Below the pieces are notes generated by a model. It saw only the letters and a program-made list of their open reading frames with translations, made no database searches and was not told where the DNA came from. Positions 51,866 to 63,241 of a DNA stretch of 64,000 nucleotides are shown piece after piece; within the stretch, counting starts at the first letter, position 1, and every line of letters starts with the position of its first letter. The stretch spans positions 17,734,224 to 17,798,223 of the forward strand of contig NC_068985.1 in the NCBI RefSeq assembly GCF_001194135.2. Direction: 5' to 3'. The position numbers and the translations under genes were made by a program. This stretch comes from Octopus bimaculoides (Eukaryota).

Positions 51866-54262
51866 ACACACGCGTTTCTTTGTAATGTATACTTTCTTCT
51901 CACACTCAGTTACGCGCGCAACCTACACACTACCAGAAAGCACGTTGTCTCCAATTTCTATCACACTCATCAATGCTTTTTCTCTTATTCAAGCTAATTT
52001 TGTTTTTAGCTTACGCCATACCCTCCAAAGCCTATCCTATATTATCGTACATCCTCTCTTAAATAAATACTATTTCACAAAATTATTTTTATAAGCATAA
52101 ACTTACTCAGTTTCTTTTCTCTTTTCATCATTTTCGTGATCAGAAAGTAAAATATGTTGATATGGTTTCGTATAATCGCTAGTACATACCATATGACAAT
52201 CCTACAGTTGTATAATTAATTTAAGTAGTATATTTGTAATATTTCTACGACTTAGTCACACAGAAGGAAGGGCAGTACCCATGAGCTTTCGGCAGGACCT
52301 CCGAGGCGAGTGAGAGGGGATAAAACCGGAAATATGGTCCGAATGATTGCGACGGAGATGGGGCTCAACTTAAGACACCCACGGACCAAAGTAGTGGTGT
52401 TGAACCGGGCAAAAGATTATGTCCGTAAATTTATTGAAATGGTTCTGTATCAACGTAAAAAGAATCATTATATGAATTTAATGTAATATATTTGTGCTTG
52501 AAACAAAATCACGGAGAATGATGGAAATATATTGTGAATGACACCAGGTCACCTAGTGTCACTAATAATAGGAGAGTACCAAGAATAATACATCCGTATG
52601 TTTGGTAATGGTAATCCAAACGTCTTCAAAACTTGAAATTTGTAGTGTAATCGTCTTTTGAAATTTACCACTTCTAAATGGAAGAACTAGTTTATCATTA
52701 CTGAATAGAAAATATAATTATTACACTTGTGTTCGTGCACCACAGTTTGATTGATGGTATATTAGGAACACATCAACCTCATTTTATACTTCATTAAAAA
52801 GCAAAAGAAAAACCCAAATAAATTGAACATAGAATCTTACCGAAACCTCCAAAAATATATCAGTGAACATCGTGAGAAAGTATCAGAACTTTTCTGCCAC
52901 ACTAGTACAATCCTACTGCGTAAATAAACTGTAATGACAAGACAATGTGACTTTCCTAAAAACTCGAGGTTGTGCAAAAGCGATAAATGATTATAAGTAT
53001 ACTTATGGATGTTCATTGCCGGAAAAAGAGTTTTGATCTAGGTGTGGTATGTACAGATTGTTGCTAGAGAGAAGCGAAACAAAACGGACTCGACATTTTG
53101 TCTTGTAATATAAACATGATTTCCGTATATGAAGGAGTATCGGATATCCTTTTTCATGAGGTCACTTATATCATCATTATTCGAAATCACAGTGGACATT
53201 GTCTCGTCATTAAATATAGAAGCTAATAATTTTTTTCCCTCCTATTTTGTACGCGGAAACATTTAGAACGTTTGAATTAATACTATAATGACAAAGTGCA
53301 TTTGGTTTAGGGTTTTATCACATTATAACTCAATTGGCATTCACTGTAACTAGAAATTGGAAATATTAATAACATTATACGCTTCACAGTGACATGTACA
53401 AATAAATGAGTTATAAGGAAATTGACCAAATGGCTTGAAATATTTCATATGCAGTTATGCCCATCAGTTAGCTATATATGATGTATATGAGATAACACTG
53501 GGGGAATAATGTAGTTAAGATAATCGGTATAGAAAAGATACACGGATGGGTTGAAAGGCAACAACAACTTGTTGAAAGCGTAAAAATATGACCGTCCATC
53601 ATGAAGTTACTTCGGAAACTATCTACTTTATTTCAGACCCGGAAGAAGCGAGATGAATTTCGAATAGACAGACAAAAATTCTAATTTCGTAAGTGCCTAA
53701 AGGCATTTTGTACGTATTAACCATAAAAGCTTTGCTGAAAGGAAAAGGTGGACAGCAGGGAATTAAAAGATCTTGTTTACCAGGAATTTTGATTCGATGT
53801 AATCTTTGGTAAGCGCGGCGACATCTCTGAAGTAATTTATTGTCATTACGTTAAGTTCTCATGCTAATTTCTTGTGCATGTATGGATATATATATATATA
53901 TATATGTATGTAAGGTCACTATTTGTGCTACTGGTAACATGTAACCCAGTAAACCCTGTCGCATGATCTGGCTGTCGGTACCTAGACCTGCAGCCCTACC
54001 AAACCTGCTTCGTAAGGAGAGTGGTTTTAGTTGGACACAATACAGGATAAAAAGCAAAGCCTGCCAAAGGACAAATGAACTCAGTAGAGTCAACGGCCAT
54101 ACGAAAGCTGGGAGTGAAAGACTCCAAATCTTTGTTCTCTCTCTCTCGGAAAAGGAAAACTGATGTAATACCTGCGGTTATGTCTGCATCTAATGATGTT
54201 GACTACTACTCCTTTTTGGACAAATTCGAGTACGTTGTTTAAAGAACAGGATTGGCTTTGTG

Positions 54263-54411
54263 CAGGGCCGGTCTCAGAGTTACTGGCACCTTGGGCAAGC
54301 TGAACTTCGGCATGTACAAGCTGATGGTCGTAGAAATTTCTTTGTCTTTGTCACGCCCTCCTTGGCGATCCGGGTGACTTCCCGAGTTGCCGGTACCTTA
54401 AGTCGGCCCTG
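54263..54411. mobile_element. 149-bp hAT MITE
   Basis: TIRs CAGGGCCG.. / ..CGGCCCTG; perfect 8-bp TSD GCTTTGTG at 54255-54262 and 54412-54419. Confidence 0.9.
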
Positions 54412-56259
54412 GCTTTGTGCAAGGCCTTTTCTCACTTTAAAAAGTTCCAGGCACAAGCATCACTTAATTCTTAACACCTCTTATGTGTTTCTTACTATAG
54501 CTGACCGTAACTGAAAAACAAAGCACTGAATGAAAATTTCCACGAGAGAATGGAGGCATGTGCCAGCATAGGTGGAATCTGTCTGAAAACCTGCTACAAG
54601 AAGTATCAATCGTTGCTACATCCGTGCAAAAGACCGCAGGACAAAGAAGATCCTTGTTATTTTAAGAGAACAATCAAACGATGATATGGCTCTAATTCAA
54701 GTTGCAGTCATCATGAATATGTATGTATGTATGGATGGATGGATAGTTCTGGTAGGCACTGGAAAAAGCTTTGCTTTGCATCACTGAAAAGGTCAAATAA
54801 TACCAAAACATATCCAGAGTTGCTTCTCCGCGGACAAAGATCAAATTAAATTAATGTTAGTCTTCCACCTTAAATTTATTTCTTTATTTCCAGCGTGCGA
54901 AATTCAAATTTTAATTAATTTAGATTTATGAGTTGCTGCCTTTTTACCTGCAAAAGTAATTTTAATTGAGTTGTTTTTTCTCTTTGCTCTCTACATTAAA
55001 TGTATTAGCACTAATTCAACTATTTTATTTTATGCGGATGGTGTCCTTAGGCAATAGCTCCTCGGTAACATCTTTCCTTAGATCTTCAACTTCTGATGGC
55101 GCTGTCGTGACATGTATATTTTGGGGCACTTTTAATACCTGACACTCATTCTTGATGCGAAATTGTGTAGTTTATTTTTCTTACAGGCGCTGGCATGTGT
55201 TCAAACCCTTGCCAGGTTTGAACACAACTGGTTTCTTCCATCACCAGCGGGGAGATGAATAGCAGCTATTTCTAGTGGTCGAGCGTCTATCATTGACAAG
55301 ACCAAGGAAGGTCGAAATCACGTGATCTGGTGGTCTTGGTGCTGGGGATGGCGGAGATTTATCTCCTTGCTAGTGATATAAATAAGAGAGCATTTTGCAC
55401 CAAAAGCCAATACGAGAGTTTCCCCTCATGGTAACTACCACAGTATAGTTTATCCCAACAGAACATCCATGTTTAAGTGGGGATAAATATTACCTGTCGG
55501 TAATAAAGTAACAACTCAACTTGTACTTTACTTATCATCCCCGAAATAATGAAAGGCATAGTTGATTGGGTGGGATTTGACTCCAGAGCGCTAACGACTC
55601 TGATAACTCATCGCTTGAGAACCAGTAAAGCGGGGTTCACATGATTTTGTTGCTAAGGTACATGTACAATAAATTAGTTGTACTTCTGCCGCAGACAAAA
55701 TATCTTAACTTTTTTAAAAATACAATTCCTAATATTTAATTATAAAAGTATAACGGATTTTTTTTAAAAAATCGAGTGGTTATGGGGGGGGGGACCAGTA
55801 GAGCAAAAGATAAATCAAAAGGGTCCACAGGGAATAAATGGTTGAGAACCACTGGCTTAAACAAACGAATGAAAGCTTTTTGACACATTCTCATTCTCTG
55901 CGAGCGTGTTTGGTTATCATAGGGAAGGAAGGAGTGTTCATACGTTACTACAATGTGTAATTCATTGCATATTAATATATTCGAAGGGAGGAGAAAAGGT
56001 TAACTTGATTTTCGGCCACATATGTTACAGACTACTCTATATAAATAAATGCTAGTGTGTTAATAATGAGCGGGTAGATAAATAGAGAGATAGACAGCAC
56101 TGATTAAGTCGGCTCGGTAAAAATATCTTTTGGGAGCTGTGGGTTAGATAAAGGGGTGGTAGCTGTATTTTTGATGAGCTCGCGTTTAAAAGAGGCTGTA
56201 TTGTTTTAGATTAGAGATTCATGTGCGTGCGTGTGTGATATTGAAGGTGTGAAGGCAAG

Positions 56260-56550
56260 TTGCTTAGTGGTTAGGGTACTCAGCTCAAGATCGTAAAGTC
56301 ATGAGTTCGATTCCCGTCAGCGCGTTCCGTCCTTGAGCAAGACACTATTTCACGTTGCACCAGTTCACTTAGCTGGCAAAAATGAATTGTACCTGTATTT
56401 CGAAGGGCCAGCCTCATCACATTGTCACACTGAATCTCCCTTACAACTATGTTAAGAGTACAGCGCAGTGCTCAGTCATTTGCACGTTAATTCTACGAGC
56501 AGTTGATTGGATCAACTGAAACTACGTCTTCGTAACCGACGGAGTGCCGG
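56260..56550 (+). mobile_element. SINE family D variant (different middle, same 3' part as 43911-44290)
   Basis: gtgaaggc..tagtggttaggg head, gagttcgattccc B-box, gtccttgagcaagacact core, gtaaccgacggagtgcc tail. Confidence 0.82.
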
Positions 56551-56875
56551 TTTAGTTATATTGTAGGTGAGGAAATGTGTGGATTAGTGAATATAGAACT
56601 GTCATTGGGTTAAATCTATATTTTCTCGCGGTTTCTTAAAACTGATAATTTTTACCAAGCACTTCGGTATGTAAACACCATTATCGGTAAAGAACTTATT
56701 TAAAAGTTCTTATAAATTTATAAACATAATTAAGGGATCAGCAACAGTTGCTTCACCACATACCGAAGTTCAGAAATAGCAGCTAAAGTGCTAAAACTCC
56801 AACAGATAGCAATACTTGTAACTCACAAAGGCAAAACAAGAAGAAGAAAATAACGAAACTAACCAGTCTTAGTTA

Positions 56876-56934
56876 ATCATAGACGCGTTTCTGGATCAGA
56901 ACAGTGAAAACCTTCATTTCCTCATCAGTATGAT
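56876..56934 (-). ncRNA. Type-I minimal hammerhead ribozyme with intact core
   Basis: ATCATA-CTGATGA-GGA...TCC-A-GAAAC-GC-GT-C/TATGAT; 6-bp perfect helix I, palindromic ACGCGT helix III. Confidence 0.85.
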
Positions 56935-57742
56935 ATTCTAGTTTGCAAATTTGAAGATGCTGGGAACCATGCATGCNNNNNNNNNNNNNNNNNNNNNNNN
57001 NNNNNNNNNNNNNNNNNNNNNNNNNNNNNNNNNNNNNNNNNNNNNNNNNNNNNNNNNNNNNNNNNNNNNNNNNNNNNNNNNNNNNNNNNNNNNNNNNNNN
57101 NNNNNNNNNNNNNNNNNNNNNNNNNNNNNNNNNNNNNNNNNNNNNNNNNNNNNNNNNNNNNNNNNNNNNNNNNNNNNNNNNNNNNNNNNNNNNNNNNNNN
57201 NNNNNNNNNNNNNNNNNNNNNNNNNNNNNNNNNNNNNNNNNNNNNNNNNNNNNNNNNNNNNNNNNNNNNNNNNNNNNNNNNNNNNNNNNNNNNNNNNNNN
57301 NNNNNNNNNNNNNNNNNNNNNNNNNNNNNNNNNNNNNNNNNNNNNNNNNNNNNNNNNNNNNNNNNNNNNNNNNNNNNNNNNNNNNNNNNNNNNNNNNNNN
57401 NNNNNNNNNNNNNNNNNNNNNNNNNNNNNNNNNNNNNNNNNNNNNNNNNNNNNNNNNNNNNNNNNNNNNNNNNNNNNNNNNNNNNNNNNNNNNNNNNNNN
57501 NNNNNNNNNNNNNNNNNNNNNNNNNNNNNNNNNNNNNNNNNNNNNNNNNNNNNNNNNNNNNNNNNNNNNNNNNNNNNNNNNNNNNNNNNNNNNNNNNNNN
57601 NNNNNNNNNNNNNNNNNNNNNNNNNNNNNNNNNNNNNNNNNNNNNNNNNNNNNNNNNNNNNNNNNNNNNNNNNNNNNNNNNNNNNNNNNNNNNNNNNNNN
57701 NNNNNNNNNNNNNNNNNNNNNNNNNNNNNNNNNNNNNNNNNN

Positions 57743-58300
57743 AGAACTGAAGGGATATTAATCCGAACAAGGGTCCTTTTAATGATTAGGTTTAGTTCGG
57801 TGTGACGAGCGAAGTGACCATCCTTTTGGCAGCAAGACAGACCGTGAAGACCTGTGGGGTCGAGGGGCTTACTACAGCGGCATCTCAGTCCCCTACAGAC
57901 GTTAGCTCCCACTCTGAGTGCGATGGAGATGCGGAGTTCATTAGACTGAGTAGACCTCTAATGTTGGCCACAGGCAGGGTATCTATCCAGTCTCCTGATA
58001 ATTTTGCCCTAGCTGAAAGTAGGCGACACCTTGAAAATTGATCAGATTGATCAAAGAGAGAGTTGAAAGTGGCACCTGAACGCAGATTGTCCCATACTTT
58101 GTTTCTTTCTATCCTCCACTGTAAACGGAACTGACAAACCCAGGTCCCTCCAATGTGATAGAGCTTCATCCATCTCCCTGTTGGCCTGATGTTGCCTATC
58201 AAAGGGGAGCAAGCGTGGATGGAGGAAAGAAAACAAGGAAGAGATAAAGACGAGCACTTGCGCAAGCCTGAGTGAACAACATTAACTCTGGCGGTGAGAT
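57743..58300 (-). mobile_element. CRE/HERO-like non-LTR retrotransposon C-terminal fragment (thumb plus zinc knuckle preceding the REL endonuclease)
   Basis: GLRKCSSLSLPCFLSS; SRCRLLS...SGDWIDTLP; ELRISIALRVGA.VC...CRC..LDPTGLHGLSC..DGHFARH.ELN.II.R. Confidence 0.8.
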
Positions 58301-58567
58301 TCGGGTGGGGTGCAGGCAGGCTAGCTGTAACGGGAGTGGTGAGCTGAATAAGGGGAGGTGGGGGAAGGTTAGCGAAGGAAGTAGATTACATTCCTAATTA
58401 TTGTAATCAAAGCATAGTTATTAACTCCCTATGTGTATCGGATGTTAATAAAAGAGGAAAAGATTCACAGTAAGAACTCGAGACAGATTATTTTTGACAT
58501 AATGAATACGTTCCCTTTCATGAGGTCCTGGAAAGAAAAAAAAAACCAAGACTTAGCTCGTACATAT

Positions 58568-59511
58568 AGGGCTTTCCTATAAGTAGGTTATCTCCCTTGG
58601 CTAGGCGGCGCTCCATGTAGATAAACTTCTGGAGGCTACCCACGCCATTGTTATTGTTTTACGTCTTATCATGGATATAAAGCAGCTTGATGATTCAGCT
58701 ATCGAAGTACTTACTGTGCCTGAGTTAAAGAAATATTTAAGATTATATGGACAGTATGTTACTGGAAGAAAGGCGGACNNNNNNNNNNNNNNNNNNNNNN
58801 NNNNNNNNNNNNNNNNNNNNNNNNNNNNNNNNNNNNNNNNNNNNNNNNNNNNNNNNNNNNNNNNNNNNNNNNNNNNNNNNNNNNNNNNNNNNNNNNNNNN
58901 NNNNNNNNNNNNNNNNNNNNNNNNNNNNNNNNNNNNNNNNNNNNNNNNNNNNNNNNNNNNNNNNNNNNNNNNNNNNNNNNNNNNNNNNNNNNNNNNNNNN
59001 NNNNNNNNNNNNNNNNNNNNNNNNNNNNNNNNNNNNNNNNNNNNNNNNNNNNNNNNNNNNNNNNNNNNNNNNNNNNNNNNNNNNNNNNNNNNNNNNNNNN
59101 NNNNNNNNNNNNNNNNNNNNNNNNNNNNNNNNNNNNNNNNNNNNNNNNNNNNNNNNNNNGTAAGTTGCCGAATTTCACAGATAATGACATAATTACCTCG
59201 TGCTACGGATGAAAGCAAAGCAACAGTTAAGGAGTGGCATATTTTACCACGACAGACACGTACACAGCATCGAATACCACGATGTGAGTGAAAGCTGCTC
59301 TCACTGTATTGTCCGGTGTCTGGTAATCCCTTCGATACTGACATCAAACCAAAAAAAGAATCCTGACCACAGAGTGTGGGTAATTATATCAAATGTCACT
59401 GGCAATGTGCATTCAGCTGATTGCAACTGTTAAAGCAAGTCACTGAGCATGCGTACATGTCATACGGGAGAGTTCCAATCAGGGGTGGATAGCACCTTAT
59501 AGGAAAGCCCT
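58568..59511 (+). mobile_element. Non-autonomous TIR DNA transposon carrying SAP and SWIM coding remnants (ISL2EU-like)
   Basis: Perfect IR ATATAGGGCTTTCCTATAAG (58564-58583 / 59496-59515); AT or TA TSD; LTVPELKKYLRLYGQYVTGRKAD (SAP); RVWVIIS..TGNVHSADCNC (SWIM start). Confidence 0.8.
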
Positions 59512-59974
59512 ATATCTATGTGTACTGCTATTATTTAGTGTAGTTTTTGTCTATTCTTTTCCTTTCTACGTAGCTCTGCCTGTTTGGATCATCCGTTGAA
59601 CATGCTGAGATCACTCGAAGTCCAACTCGGTGATTTTATTTTTGTTATGGCCTCTCTGCAATCTTTCACGCACAATAAAGTTGCTTTTTTCGACTGAGTT
59701 AAACAAAAGCGTTTTGAGATAGGAAAATAAAATTACCTCATTGTAAAAATATTTTATTTACTAGTATAAGGTGATAATGATGCTTATTTTTAGTTGTGAT
59801 ATAGCTCTCTTAAATTTCTTAATGTGTCAAACTCCTGTGTTATCTAACCTTTTGTACTTTTTTTTTTAAACAAAGACATTTATAAACAAACTTTTGATTC
59901 TTGATTCACATCCAATTGAGTGGACTTTCCTGTCGTAAACGATGAGTATCCTGCAATTCGTTTATAGTGATCAA

Positions 59975-60052
<78 letters not shown>

Positions 60053-60399
60053 NNNNNNNNNNNNNNNNNNNNNNNNNNNNNNNNNNNNNNNNNNNNNNNN
60101 NNNNNNNNNNNNNNNNNNNNNNNNNNNNNNNNNNNNNNNNNNNNNNNNNNNNNNNNNNNNNNNNNNNNNNNNNNNNNNNNNNNNNNNNNNNNNNNNNNNN
60201 NNNNNNNNNNNNNNNNNNNNNNNNNNNNNNNNNNNNNNNNNNNNNNNNNNNNNNNNNNNNNNNNNNNNNNNNNNNNNNNNNNNNNNNNNNNNNNNNNNNN
60301 NNNNNNNNNNNNNNNNNNNNNNNNNNNNNNNNNNNNNNNNNNNNNNNNNNNNNNNNNNNNNNNNNNNNNNNNNNNNNNNNNTTTTCAAAAATTTAAAAT

Positions 60400-60730
60400 C
60401 TATATTAACGGTCAGGACCAATTTGACGAAAAAACGAGCAGTCTGGCAGCGAACCCGTGTCATGGTCATTTCTGTGCATGTGCGTAAAATGGCGAAATTT
60501 TACGCTTTGGGGTAGATTTCGTCAAATTGATGTCATGACGGCTAGTGTGCAAAATGTCTAAATTTTGCTTGAGAAATAAAATGCTCTTACCTAATCAAAA
60601 CAATTCGCATTGCAATGATGGGATTACCGTTAATAAGCTGCCTGTTTATACCCATGAAACATTTTTCGTCAAATTGACATCACGATGGCTAGTGCGAAAA
60701 ATGCCGAAATTTTCGCGATTTTTGAAAATC
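60400..60730. repeat. Subterminal-type direct/inverted repeats of an unidentified DNA transposon end
   Basis: TTCGTCAAATTG at 60518 and 60665 (about 50-bp direct repeats), inverted copy at 60419. Confidence 0.55.
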
Positions 60731-63108
60731 GATGCTGATTAAGAAGCGATTTTTGAAAAATTCCATATTGCAGACATGAACCATCTCAACAACAGCGTAG
60801 AAAATTTCCACACTCATTGCCTGGTTAATTGCCTAGTTCGAAGTTTCAATCCAATGTTTAAAAATTACATCCATAGGTAAAGTACACCATCTCAGAAAAT
60901 GTAATATGTTGTTTTTGTGGCCGACATTTTCTGAACCAATCAAAAACAGTATACGAGAAGCTATCCACTAAGACAGGCTTTTTCAGTCGGAAGTATGCCG
61001 GTGAACAAAAAGCCGTTTTGGCAGTTCACAACGGTCCCAATTTCATATCTCAGTCACTTCTGTATGGATGGTCTACCATAACTTTGAGAAAGGAATATGT
61101 CTGTGCTATCCATGATCAACGAAGTTCGTACTAGGTAGATTTGTGAAAATAGGAACCACCACTCTGTTTTATCCTGTCATACGATTAAGCAGCACAATAG
61201 CAGATCTCCCAATCAGTATTGAACATGGTGGGTAAAGATAGTCTGCAAGAAATGGGATTGATATATTATCGTCGGGAAGCAGATAATGGAGGGCCCTAGA
61301 ATGCAGCAAGCGAATTCCTATGTAACTGTATTGAGAATCTTGACGTCGAATGAAACAAATACGTAAGACGGCGAAGGTATGTGGCAATCAATAAATCAGC
61401 AATCAATTAATTGGTTCTTACTGAGGACAAACAGCTGATTGGAAGAAGCCAAACCAGTGAAGCGAATTGCTACAGATTGAATATTTAATTTTCAGTAAGG
61501 TTGCTGGAAGCTTACCGACAGGAATGGAGATTTCGCCGGTATTTTCGCCTCGAACACGTCATTCCCGTTTTGAATTGGACTTGTTCAAAGTTCCAACGTC
61601 GCTTTTCGGCAAAACAGTGTAATATAATGAAGAGCCTTTTTGTTCTTAATCCCCCAAGTGACTCATTTTTTAACATTGATGATTTCACATATGTGAGACA
61701 TACCAACGGAACTTGGTCACCCTGAAGACAGTGTCATAGTGATCGAGTGCAAGTCAAGCTGTTGAATTCACTAATTGAGTTATCTGACTTCTTACATCAA
61801 TACAGAGCTGTTTTCTTCGAACTATTATTCACACAACCTCAAATTGCTGTAATACCGCCTTCAAGTAGTGAGGCAGCGAGCATTTTTTTCAAGCTACAAA
61901 TGATCATGATCTACCTGCAGAATTCCATTTCGTTGTTCATATCAATCATTCTTGCATTAGTCATTTTCTACTCGCGATACCATTTGGCCATTCCGTCTGA
62001 AACATCAGAATTCAATTGCTTTCGTCTGTTCCAGAACCAACTAGAGATTCTTTCCGTGGTCTCACCCCAATCTGCCAGCGGCTGCTTTTCTTTCCCTTCC
62101 TGGTACTATTAGAGTTGCAAGCGGGGAATTCCTGCAGCCAACATTAAGTGGAAATAGCTAGGCCGACTACCTATTTTCCCCACTCATTGACCAGGCACTT
62201 GGTGGTTGCGAGGAGACCTCGGAGTTGCTCTCTGACGTCTCTTCGCAACCATCTTCCTCAAGAGATTATCACTTCAGTCAGAATGATCCTCTTCACTTCG
62301 TTAGGCTATATAACAATGTTAGGTCTCAAGAATGTTTGAACGACCTGGGAAAGTATAGATTTTTCTCCCACGTCCACACACACACACACACACTTATTGA
62401 TATGTAAATGCAGTGAAAATCTATGTGGACACGTTTAAGGATTAGTAAACAAGATAATATACGTTGTTATGTAAAATGTGTTTATTACAGAAAGAATCTC
62501 TATCGATTCAAATTTATCTAAATGTGAGGCAATATATAATGGCTGTGAAGATGTTTGTTTATCGGTAACTGGGCGAATGCTTGTGTGTTGTGACAGGTAG
62601 CAAACCAGTCACGGGAGTTGGCTTTTGGCTATCGTAAATATAAAGATGAAAGCCTTGTTAGAATGTATTTTGGTTTTTTACCTAAGCTTATATTGTAGAA
62701 TTAAGCAGATTTTTTAATGTAACAGAAATCAGAAAAGGTCTAATAGAACTTTCTAAAGCAAGTTTTTGTCTCTAACGTAAATGAAAAGTGATTAACAAGG
62801 TTGAAAGAATAAGGACTACAAGAAAAACGAGCTGAGGTCAACTATAAGCGAATCGAAAGGTTAATAGATCGCATCTCAACAAGGTTTCATCTTACATAAA
62901 CGCGTTTTCTCATACTTACAAACACACGTGTATATGTATGCATGTATATGTGTGTGTTGTGCATGTGGTATAATTTTATATATACATATTGGGTATGGTA
63001 GATGAGTTCAGCATAAATTTAGATTCAGATGAATATGGTACTTAGGTTGAGGCACCAGAATTTAGAACGGTATTATCCATACAAATTCAAAGTAAGGTGA
63101 TCAAAATC

Positions 63109-63175
63109 AAAATAAGCAACAAGAATATCCAGAGGTAATACAGTACTGCAATACCTCTGGATATCCTTGTTGCTT

Positions 63176-63180
<5 letters not shown>
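63109..63180. repeat. 72-bp loopless palindrome
   Basis: aaaataagcaacaagaatatccagaggtaatacagt | actgcaatacctctggatatccttgttgcttatttt; 3 mismatches in 36. Confidence 0.9.

Positions 63181-63241
<61 letters not shown>

Noticed and set aside
50779-52094. Long Cys/Val/Tyr- or His/Thr-rich ORFs (also 33757-34612, 13833-14443)
   Set aside because: Translations of stop-free micro/minisatellites; no splice or domain support
52260-52430. GC-rich patch that might be a Tx1/L1 fragment or an exon
   Set aside because: Too short; no diagnostic motif or paired splice sites
61170-62340. Several 60-120 aa ORFs with faint LINE-like words (GGLR.K, NHLPQEII)
   Set aside because: No consistent strand or frame and no diagnostic motif; possibly an old LINE but not supportable
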